This document shows, one piece after another, positions 1 through 11,204 of a stretch of DNA of 64,000 bases (within the stretch, counting starts at the first letter, position 1; every line of letters begins with the position of its first letter). The DNA comes from Pseudogymnoascus verrucosus (Eukaryota): NCBI GenBank assembly GCA_001662655.1, contig KV460218.1. One strand, written 5' to 3'. The translations under genes were made by a program, and so were the position numbers. Under the pieces are notes generated by a model. The model did not search any database. It was not told the origin of the DNA and saw only the letters and a list, made by a program, of their open reading frames with translations.

Positions 1-3000
1 TTCTTTGCAGGGTTAAATGTCGCAAGGATGGGTGCCTCCGTGAACTTCGTCTTAAGTTCCTAGAAGGCAGCCTCCGCTTTGTCTGTCCATTTGAACACGA
101 GATCCTTCCTAGTGAGCTCTGTGAGTGGTTGAGCTACCTTGGAATATCCCGCAATGAACCGACGGTAGAAGTTGGCGAAGCCTAAGAAGGCTTGTACTTC
201 CTTGACCGTGGTTGGTGTTGGCCATTCTAACACTGCCGTGACCTTTGCTTGGTCCATCTTGATGCCGTGCGTTCCGATAATGTAGCCTAAGAATTCGACT
301 TGGTTTTTATGGAACTCACATTTCTCTAGCTTCAACAGTAGGTTGTATTCCTTCAGCTTCTAGAGGACGAGCTTGACATGCCTAGCATGTTCGTCCTTGT
401 TTGCTAAGTATACTAGTATATCATCTAAGTAAACGATCGTGAATATGTCTAGATATTCGTGCAAAGCGTCATTCATTAAGCGTTGCATGGATGCGGGGGC
501 GTTGGTTAGCCCGAAGGGCATGACTTGATATTCGAATAGGCCATAGCGGGTGCGGAATGCTGTTTTCCACTCCTTGCCGTCGGCTATCCGGATTAGGTTG
601 TACGCGCCGCGTAGATCTAGCTTGGTGAAGATCTTGGCTCCCTGGAATCTATCGTGTAACTCATTAATTAGCGGTAAAGCGTACCGGTCCTTTATCGTTA
701 TGTTGTTCAATGCTCGATAGTCCACGCATGGTCGTTTGCTTCCATCCTTCTTGGGAACCTATAACATCAGGCTTCCCGCAGGAGATTTAGACGGTCTGAT
801 AAATCCTTTCTTAAGGTTATCGTCGATATATTCTTTCAGTAGTTTCAACTCATCTGCTGACATCTGGTATATTGGTCCGAACGGTAGACTCTTTCCTTCT
901 TCCAAGGGTATCACATGATCCTATGGTTGGTGCTTAGGAAGCGCCTCGTTCTTGGGGCCTTCCTAGAATAGCTGCTCGTATTCCTCATACTCCACCGGTA
1001 TACTCGTTAGTAAGGGTGCCTAGGCTAGGTCACTGGGCTCTGTGGAGGTCGCACACACCTCGCGTCAGCCCTAGGAGGTCTTCTCCCGTTATGGCGTGTC
1101 CGTTCGTTGTTCACACGCGCACTGGCTCATTACAACTTTCTCGTTCTACCAGTCGATCTGGGGGTTGTGTTTCTTAAGCCACAGCACACCAAGGATACAT
1201 GCATGATTGTCTATGTGTACGATGTCGAATTAGATCGTTTCCTGGTGTCTGCGTAGCATGACCATTTCTAATGGGACCGTCTCGTAGGTCACCATCCCCT
1301 TGTTGGTCGAGATGGGCTCTCCATCTACTACCATTAACGGGTAAGGATCGGTTTTCAATTGCGTCTTGAAACCTTGAGTGTCTGCTACTTTCTTTGTCAT
1401 AAAGTTGCCCGTTGCTCCTAAGTCAATCATGGCTCGGAGGTGTCGCTGTTGTATCTTAGCGACTACATATAGCTGCATGCTGCCTCCCGTGGCGCACAGC
1501 TGCTTCGTACTAGGCCTCTCTTTGTCACTCGCCGGTGGCCTACCGTTGAGGACTCCTAGTTTTTTGACTCGTCCGAGGAGTAATAGTGGTGTTCATCATC
1601 CTCTATGGGCGGTCCTTGGGAAGATTGTCCTCCCTATCCTTCTGCTTCATCTAGCAGGTGCGGGTATCTCTCGTATACCTGTTGTTGTTTCTTTAACGGT
1701 AGTTCTCCTTTAGACTGACTTCGTCTAAGGGCATGAATTTGGTCTATATCCGTAAAGTAGACCTAAGGTGCGATTTTTGGAAATAGTCGATACTGGGTCT
1801 TTTTCCGTAGGTGACTCTCGTAGTCATTGTACTTGCAGTGTTCCTAGAATATATATGGGTGCTAGGGGTGATCAATCCTTGATGCATCCAACTTTGTCAA
1901 TTCCTGTTCCTCCTTTGTCTTGCCCGTGAGCTCGGATTTCTCCATGGTTACACGTAACCTTTCTACGTCTCCATCGGTGGGTTTGTAGTCCATAGCAGCT
2001 TGGTCTGCTTGCAGTTCCTAGGGTTTAGGTCCCTGAGTGTTCTCCTGCTGTTCGTCTTGCGCGTCGTATTCCGCAAGCTTATATTTTAACTACATCGTGG
2101 CCTTACTCGAGGTGTGATTTGCTCCCCTAGGTTCTTGTCTAAACGGGTACCTAGGGCAGCACCTCATTGCGCGGATTGCGACTTCCTAGTCTTGTTGGGT
2201 ACCTTGCCAGCCGGTTGGGGGCGGTGGTACGGGAATCGCTCTTGGAGTTCCCTTTCGGAGCATGGCCTGTCTGTAGACGTCGACTACTCCTGGTAGATTC
2301 TCCTTAAATGCAATCTCCTTCGCGTCTTCTTCGAACTCCTTTAGCTGGAGTTTCTAGGATTCCGTTAATCCCCTGTTTAGGAGTTCGTTCTCCTTCTCGA
2401 GCGATGCGTCGAAGTCGTTGAGATCTTCGTCGCCCAAGCTCTCTCCTTCTAGGGTGCTAACGCTAGTGATTCCCTAGTCGGGTTTGTTCACGAACGTGGC
2501 GTTCAACTGTCCCTTCTAAGTGGCGTTAAGTTGTCTCCTAAACTTCTTATGTCCTCCGTTCCCTTTCTTAGGTTGCTTGTAGTCTTGGGCCATGTGGCCC
2601 AGCTTGTTACAATTAAAACACAACCGCTCCTTGAGCTGTCGCTCTTTGTTTGGGTTACGGGGTCTCCCACTAGGCTTGAACGTAGCGTCGAGCTCCATAG
2701 GCTGAGGCTAATGACTCTTCTGAGTTCTCCTCTTTTGGGTCCATTAGTGGCTGGTTGTTCCTCCCTTCCTTTCGAGTTGGCGTTCGTAGTAACGATTGTC
2801 GATCTTCTAGGCTATCTCAATTAATTCTTTAAGGTCATCTGGTTTGTCCGACCGGGAGATTTCGTCCTTTACATGATCCTTTAGCCCCTTGTAGTATCGG
2901 TCGCATATAGCCTCGTCTCCCCAACTAGTGAGGGGGGCATGCTGCTGGAACTCAGCAGTATATGTGACCGCCGACCCCCTCTGCTTAAGGGCCTCGAGGG

Positions 3001-3491
3001 CTCGCACTACGTTTCTTCTTTCGTTAACGTCCCCGAAGTTCGCCTTGAGTTGCTTAACGAAGCTAGCCCAAGTGATGAAGATATCCTTGGTGCCTTGGTT
3101 AGCCGTCGTGGTGACTCTTCCGTTAGCCGCTCGGTAGCTCATGTAGTCCGTTAGGTAATTAGCAATCTAGTCGGAGGCGGAGCCCCTTAGGAGGGCCACT
3201 GCCCATAGGACTTGCTGTACTTCAAAGGCGAAGTGCTTAGCGTTGAAGGCCATCTAGAGTTCCGTCTAGATGAGGAAGCTCTTAAGCTTCTTGCGGTCCC
3301 CATTAAAGGTATCTAGGAATGCAATCTTGAGTTTGTCTAAGGGGTGTGGTCCCCCGGGCGCAGGCGTAGTGGTAGGTGACAGGACAGGCTCGACAGCTGC
3401 CTTGCCCTTCGACCCCACGTTGGATGCTGAATCGTTTCTAGCCATGTTGCTTTGTGTATGAGCCGGTACCTCGTAGAAGTGGTGCTCAAAG

Positions 3492-3912
3492 TGTAACGCT
3501 AGGTCTTAAACTATAAGACTCATAGAGGTTTCGTTACGTTGGTTNNNNNNNNNNNNNNNNNNNNNNNNNNNNNNNNNNNNNNNNNNNNNNNNNNATCTAC
3601 TTATATAGTGGCGTCGTGCTAAAGGGGATAGTTAGGATAGTTGGATAGCCCCAACTATCCCAACTATCTAACTATCTATCACGTGAGCTATTCTCTTTCT
3701 AGTACCTGTGATTCTTCTGGTACCTGTCTATCTAGTACCTCCTAATCCTTAGGTGCCTAACTGTCTTCCGGTACCTGTAAACCTAGGTACTAGACACCCA
3801 TTAGGTGCCTAATAACTAACCCTGCCTTAAAGGTGGTTAAATCGCTAACATTCTCATTACTACTATAACTAGTGTGTCGGCGAAACTGTAGCCGTAAACG
3901 CTAGCCGTAACA
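3492..3912 (-). repeat. 5' LTR of family A copy 1 (contains the assembly gap)
   Basis: TGTAAC...GTAACA termini. The first ~50 bp and the TATA region match the LTRs at 11205 and 17758. Confidence 0.9.
3545..3594. other. Assembly gap (50 N)
   Basis: Run of N. Confidence 1.
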
Positions 3913-6900
3913 GTAGGTCCTATAGCAGTCCTAGTAGGTTTAGGTACTCTATATAGAACTCCTAGATTTTATAGGGGGAGTTCTTAAAGTTTAAGGTAGG
4001 GTACCATTCTAGGTCTAGATTATATCTAACCTAGGATACCTAGTATTAGAGTTGTTTTCGCTAGATCCTTATAGTAAGAATCTTTTTAACTTCCTACTCT
4101 TCTAGGCTGTCTACAACTTTGCTACTTAGCTTAGGCGCTGCTTAACTAGGTAGTAGATTGCTTAGGGCCTTAATAAGTATATCTAGTAAGAAGACATTGT
4201 GTATTTAGGAACCCTTTAGCAGGTCTAATTAAAAGGAGTGCCTGATTTGTTCTAGTACTATATAGGGTCTAACCTATTGTTACCCTAACTTCTAGCTAGG
4301 GTAAGAGTTTCTTAAGTTCTTAGTTAATAAATAAACCTTGTTACCTACATCCTAATTAACAGCTCTTTAGCGTCGATTTGTGTGCTTAGACATCTCTTCC
4401 TATGCTTTAGCTATATTTCCCTTTATAATAGCCTATGCGTTATGCATTTAGGTAGCTACTACTTTAGCTTCGTTGCAATTTAGAGTTTCTTAGGGATTAA
4501 TAGCCTTTAGGGTGTTCTAATCCCAACTTGTATGTAGATCAGTTCTATACTTAAGTTAGTAGGGAGTTATCCTAATAGATGTGTAGGGCAGCGTCATTTG
4601 TACATAGTCTATAATAGGAATGAGCTTGCTCTAATTGTCCTAGTAATAGGATACAAAAGGCCTTAGTCTCTAGTCTATATACTAGTTTATAATTTCTATC
4701 TATCTGTTAGTCTGCTTATAGTAGGCTGTTAACAATTTAACCTTTATGCTAATTATTTAGTAGAACTTTTACTAGAAAGACAATACAAATTAGGGTCTAT
4801 AGTTGCTAATAATCAACTCTAGAGTGTGCCTAAATTAGTATATCTATTTAATGAACAACTATGCCATCTATCTAGCGTTAGTAGTCTTGTAGTATAGTAT
4901 AGTTACTAAACTCTTTCTAAGTTAGTCTATAAATACTAAGATGCTGTTATAACTATGCTTATCCTTTAGAAACTCCTTAAAGTCTATCGTTAGGTGTTAT
5001 ATAGGGTATTTAGGTACTAGTAGGGGGTATAAGAAGCCTTGCTGCCTTGTTACGTTAGTGTAAGAAAGTTAGCATGTTATGTAGTTACATATATATTAGA
5101 GGTAATCTGCTTCTATTCTAACCTAATGATACTTTAGGGCAAGTAACTAATAAGTTTTCCTACTACTAGGGTAGGCTACTAATACTTAATCGTGTGCTTC
5201 CTATATAAGTTTTATACATAACTTAGTATGCTAGTTTACATATAGTCAACCTTTATATAACAAGAGTTAGTCCTTTATTGTAAACCTGTTAGGTAGGGGG
5301 TCTTTTGTATAAGTGTTAGTAAACGACCTTCTATTATCTACGTAAAGCGCTTCTATTAGGTTAAAGGGAACCTAGGTGTTTAGGGCATCTATTGTATTAA
5401 TTAAGGCTATGTACGTTTGTGCTAATTTAGTACTAATTTAGGGGTATAGTTAGGCTAGGCCTAATAGCACCCTTGTATAGCTATTAAGTTTAACCTTCTG
5501 TTATGTAATTAGGTCTTACTCTCTTTAGCTTAGTATATCTGCCTTCTAATTGTTCTTGCTAGTAGTATATGCAATAGAGAAATTGAAGTTAGAGAGTAGC
5601 TCTATCTACTAAACCTACTTTGCTATAAGAACCTTTGTCGTTATAAAGTATTCTAGCAATTAGTAATTAGTGTAAACGTCGATTTAGTAGTGTACTAATG
5701 CTAATTCTAGCCTCTATTTTACAAACGCTTTTATAATAGCAAACAGTTCCTTGTTATAGATCTTCTAATTAATCTCGTGCCTAGATAGGATATAACTATA
5801 GAAGCTTATAGGATACTATCGTTTGTCTAGGTGTTCCTAAGAAAGAACACTAGCTACAACTCTATTAAAGGAGTCTGTCTCTAGCTTTATAGGCAATTTA
5901 GGGTTAAAGTAGTAGAGCGCCTATATAGCTAAAAGCTGTTAGCGCATTTCCTTAAAAGCGTTCTTACATTTGTTAGTCTATAGGAACAGTTCTAAGGGGC
6001 TAGTAATAGTAGTAAGAGGCTTAGCTATTTTCCTGAAATTTCTAATAAATTAGCAATAGAAGCTATAGAATCTAAGGTAAGACTTTACACTTATAACTAT
6101 TGTTAGTTGGATCTAATTCTAGAGGGGTTTAATCTTCTTAGGGTCTACTTTAACGCTAGTAGTAGTTAGGATATAGCCTAAATACTTTGTCTAGGTTACG
6201 TTAAACTTGCATTTCTTAATGTTAGCTTGTAGTCCTACTTCTTAAAGCTATTAGAGGACCTTATATATATAGTCTATATGTTCTATAGGGTCCTTAGAGT
6301 AGATTAGGATGTTGTCTAGGTAGGCAGTATAGAAGTTGTCTAAGTATTGTATAAGAACGTCGTTTATATACCTCTAATAGGTTATAGGGCCGTTTGTTAG
6401 GCTAAACGGCAGCACTTTACATTTATAGGATCTATATTGAGTCTAAAAGGTTATGTACTCTTTAGAGTTAGGGTCTATTTATATATAATAGAAGGCTTGT
6501 CTAATGTCTAGCTTTGTAAAGATTTTTGCTTTTGCTACCTATCCTAGTAGTTTGTTAATACATAGGATAGGGTAGGGGTTGTTATAGGTTAGTCTGTTTA
6601 ACTTCTAGTAGTTAATATAAAATCTTAGTTTGCCATCTACCTTCTTTACAAACAGTATAGGGGAGGCAAACAGGCTATTACTATTAACTATAAAGCCCTT
6701 CTTAAGGTTCTCTAATAGGTATTACTTAGTTGCCTTAAGCTCTTTAGTGCTTTGTTAGTATAGTAGCAAGAAGGCGTTTAGTAAAGGGGCTTCTAGCTAT
6801 ATCTAGTAATTGTATATATAATGTAAGGGAAGCTAATTAGATTCTAACTTTAAAAAGACATTAGAATAGTTATAGTGCATATATAGAAGCTTGTCCTAAA

Positions 6901-9824
6901 TAAGGTAGAGCGTTTCTTTATCCTTAGCTACTTTCCTCTCTTAGATGATCTAGTTAATCTTATAGATGCTTGTTATAAAGAACTTAGAGTTGCTTTGCAT
7001 TATCTTATAGTAGAAGGCGTTTGCGCTAATCTTGCAAATTTAGACTAGCGTGAAGCTACGTACTAGGGTCTAGCGTTAGGAAAGAGAGAAGACTCTACCC
7101 CTCTTATAATTCTTTCTCTTATATGTAGATGGTCTGTTTCTTAGAGGTTTCACCTCTACTTACCCTAAGGGTCTGTCTTTATAGGTTTATATAGGCAAGG
7201 CTTGTGTCCTTAGGGTTTTAGGGTGTAGGTAGGTTGTTCCCTTATCTTATACTAAGCTTAGTAGGGTAATTATAATAGTGTTATAATAGGCTGTTATTAC
7301 TTTCATTAGTATTAAGCGTCTACCCTTACATCGTCTGTTGTTATAGTCGATGGCATTGTCCTACTAGTTTGTATCTAATTAATAGGTAGGGTAACGTATA
7401 GACAGTTTACGTAAGTAGTAGGGCAAGGTGATCTCTTTACTCTAGCTAGGAGTAGGCAAGTACTCCTTTAGCTATATTAGCTAGCTCTTTATAGAGTTAA
7501 GTAGGATTTAGAAGCAGCTAAAAAGCTTCTTCCTAATTATTACATCTTACGCTCTAAGATCTAGGAGCATAAAGGGGCAGTTATATATTTAGCATCCTTT
7601 AACTGTTAAGTGTAACTAAATATACTCTAATACATAGCTTTAGATATTTCGCTAAAATCTATATATAGGTATAGAGTAGGGTAGTTTCTATAGGGGGCTC
7701 TAAAGCGCTTTTAACAACCGTTATGTAAAAGGCTTATTAATGATAAGGTAGCCATTTACTCCTATGTCTATAAGTGACTTCGTTTACACCCTAAGTCTGT
7801 TTATACTTAGGGTTGTATTAACGAGAAATTAGGAGCCTCTTAAGAGCTCTTATAAATCTAGTCCTTATAGATTACATTTGCATAGACCTAGGAAGGAGCC
7901 TTTTCCTAGGCCTTGTCGTTTTCCTCTAAGGATGCATCTAACTAGTAGGCAACTACTTCCTCCTACTACTCTTTATCCTTAGGGGCTTTATAGTTAATCT
8001 CTTTAATAGTAGGGTTAAGTAGGCATTTGTCCTAGAAATAGCCTAGCTTTCTACACTTAAAGCAGTTTCTAGACATAGCTAGAATAGCAGTCTATACGTA
8101 GCCTATAATGTCTAGCTTAGGGGTAGTAGGTATAAAGGGAGTCCTCTAGAAGGAAACTAGAGGGCTTCTTATCTACCTTAGTAGCTAGGCCTTTTTAAGG
8201 TCTATAGGTGTAAACCTAGATAAGCTTAGGTAGGCTAGTCCTTAGGAGCTTAACTCGCTGCTCTTAGACAGGAAGCTTAACTCGTTGTTCTAGCGCTACT
8301 CCTAATTAAAGGAAGTGAGTTCTTAGACTATAGTGTAGTAGTCTCCCTTCTATTAACTTTTAATAACTACTATATAGCTACAGAATTAAGGGGTTAACTT
8401 GTTCTATATATACTAAAACCATTCTAACTTAGTAACCTATCCTATAATAGCTACACTTTAGAAGCAAGCTTTAAACTCTAAGAAAGTCTTGTATGTATAT
8501 CCTTTCTCTCTTATTTAGAGGTTGTTAAAGAGGTTCTAGGCCTATTCCGTTTCATTGCTAGTAAGGTAATATAAACCTAATAGGTCTATTATCTCGTTAG
8601 TACTCTAAAACCTATGTGTTATAGATAGGTATTAGGGTTTAAGGTATTTCTTTACTAGGCTAGTTGTAGTTCCCTATATTAACGCTCTTCTTAAGACGTT
8701 AGTAGGGTAGTAATCCTTATTAACTATAAGGTAGTCCTAAATAGACACGCTCTATTATATAAAGGTATGTTCTATCCTATTGCTAAGTAGTATAATCTTC
8801 TTAGAGATAGTGGATTTCTTATAGCAATTTAGAGGGTCTTTAGAATACATCCTTAGAATCAATAGAGAACAAGTGTTTTAAAGAGGCAGTAACTAAACTA
8901 TCTTAGGGGTGTTTTATATAGGGGAAGTTTGTTGCTCCTTAACTTTAACAGTATCTACTAGTAGCGTAGACAGTATTCTAGTCTAGGTTACTACTAGGTT
9001 AGCTATCATTTCCTTAATCTCTTACATCTAGATCTTAAGGTTTGCTATTTAATCTAGTATGTTATTAGTAGGTGTAGTAGTTGTAGCTATAGTAGTAGTT
9101 TGTCTTATTAACATTTGTAACAGTTAACTATTATTGTCTTAGGGGATAGTTAAGGTCATTTTCCTTATATTAGTTTAGGGGTGTATTAGTGTTGATATAA
9201 AAGAGTTTAACTTTCTAGTAGCTTGTAGCTATTAACACTCTTATTTACAATTACCTCTATGCTTAAGGGGGTTCTTAAGGATCTTATATCCTATTTAGCA
9301 CTAACGTGTTAGCAACTTTACTAGCTTGCTCTATAGGATTAAACCCTAATCTACTAGCTGTTTATAAGTTCTCTAAGGTCATAGCTATTTAAATTCGTTA
9401 GGTCTCTACTTTAAAATGTCACTAAGTTACAGTTAGTAGTGTTTCGATAGTTCTCTTAAGTTGTTCTAGTTATAGGATATTATTTAAGTACGGCTGTCCC
9501 TAGTAGGCGTGATCTTTTTTGTATAATGTAAGGATATAGGGCACTATATTACAAGGAGTTGTATATAGGAGTGTAAGTTAGATATAAGTCAGTGTAATCC
9601 TATAGGTCTACTATAAAGGATATAAAAAAGATAAAGGGGGAACCCTCTGTTCCTCTTTCCTTCTATACCTAAAACCCCTCTAACTTAACTAACCCCCTAT
9701 TTACCTAAGGCTTCCTTATGCTATGTGCCTAAGGCTTATAGTTGCAATTAAACTATAACTACCCTAAGTCTTAGGGGCAGCACATAACGACTATAACTAA
9801 CCTAAGTAAGGAGGCATCCTTACA
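3913..9824 (-). mobile_element. Ty3/Gypsy retrotransposon family B, heavily RIP-mutated; interrupted at its integrase end by family A copy 1
   Basis: Minus strand reads AYLDNILI (RIP form of YLDD) at ~6301-6327. RNase H and integrase remnants lie at ~4000-5950, protease at ~7600-7800 and gag with CCHC remnant at ~7900-9300. The LTR is at 9527-9824. Confidence 0.88.
9527..9824 (-). repeat. 5' LTR of family B
   Basis: Perfect 9-bp inverted termini TGTAAGGAT...ATCCTTACA. The first ~115 bp recur at 19558. Confidence 0.88.
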
Positions 9825-10348
9825 CTAGGTCTTAAACTATAAGACTTATAAAGGTTTTGTTACGTTAGTTTACTTAATAGAGGAGGTAGGGGATTAGATA
9901 CTAAAGGCTTTTATAAAACACATTATAGTATATAACAAAATACTATATTAAGTTAAGTATAAAGCTCCTATCTAAGAAATAACTATCTACTTATATAGTA
10001 GTGTTATGCTAAAGGGAATAATTAGAATAGTAGACTCTCTAACTATTCTTACTATTCCTACTAATCTAATTATATGTGTGTTCTATAAGAGGTGCTATAC
10101 TTATTAAAGGTACTAATTCCTATAGGTGCCTTTCTAAGGAGGCACCTTACTCTATATAGGTGCCTTTTCTAATAGGCACCTCTCCCTTACTAGGTACCTT
10201 CTAAGAAAGGTACCTTTTCCTAAAGGTGCCCTTATTAACTAAGCTACCTATAATCTCTACGTCTATTTCCTACTACTAATTAGCTATAAGCTATTTTACC
10301 TTATTACTCTATCTTATAGTATATAGGTTATATGTTTTAGCTATAACA
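9825..10348 (-). repeat. Family A LTR lacking its first ~7 bp, directly abutting the family B LTR
   Basis: Near-identical to 11205-11733 and 17758-18286; ends CTATAACA; no polypurine tract follows. Confidence 0.9.
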
Positions 10349-11204
10349 TGCCTCTAGACCTTCTTCTAAATACTATATATAACTATAACTATAGAAAATA
10401 GACCTTACTATTAAGTAATGTCCTATGTTTAGTAATAAAGAGTGTAAACTAATAGTAACTCTTAATAATTATAATGTCTAGAATTTAGTATATACTATAA
10501 GGGTCTATATTAATTCTAAGAAGTTAGGCTTATATAATAAAGTCCTAGAGACCTTTAAATTAAAATATATTAAATAAAAGTAATATACCTATTAGTACTT
10601 TGTTTTGTATATATAATTCTATAACATAATTTACATACAAGTTGCCTATATAAGCAAGTTGCCTACTAAAACACTAAAATTAACTATTACTTCCTACTAC
10701 TATACTACTACCCTACATAATAACCCTTATTCAATTGTAATTAATTCCTAGCGCCTATTGTATATATAGGTATTATGTCTAATCTTCTTACATTAGCTAT
10801 AACGCTTCTATTAACCCTTAGAGCCTACCTGCTAACTACTCTTACTTACTACCTCTATATAGACTTAAGCATTAACCTCTACACTCTAAAGGATATCCTC
10901 TACATCTTATATAGAGAGGCTTCCCCCTTACATTATATACCTCTTACACTTCCTTTCCCTCCTCTTTTTCTGTTTATTTGCTGCTTATAGAGCCTTAACT
11001 TCTACCTTTAGTAAAATAGTAGAATGTATTATAACCTAAGCTCCTTTAGCAAGCTAGCTTAGTACGTTAGTAATTAAGCTAGGAGAGCTATTCTAATACT
11101 ATATAATGTAGTTCCTAACGTACTCTATTTAAAAGTCAAGCTCCCTTATAGTTTAAGGAGTCTTTAAAGTCTAATTATTACTCTTAACTATAGGAGGAGT
11201 TAGA

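Larger units (their letters stand above)
1..3912 (-). mobile_element. Ty3/Gypsy LTR retrotransposon, family A copy 1; 5' LTR, gag, protease, RT and start of RNase H; continues off the left edge; moderately RIP-mutated
   Basis: Minus-strand ORF pieces: gag capsid (2807-3142), CCHC knuckle CFNCNKLGHMAQDY (2516-2698), protease AMIDLGATGNF (1230-1478), RT with [13 protein letters not shown] and VYLDDILVY (360-725), [20 protein letters not shown] (60-335). Frames are broken by TAG/TAA stops of RIP type. Confidence 0.96.

Noticed and set aside
10775..10990. 71-aa hydrophobic ORF
   Set aside because: Antisense to the RIP-mutated Fot1-like transposase; its composition is a RIP artefact.
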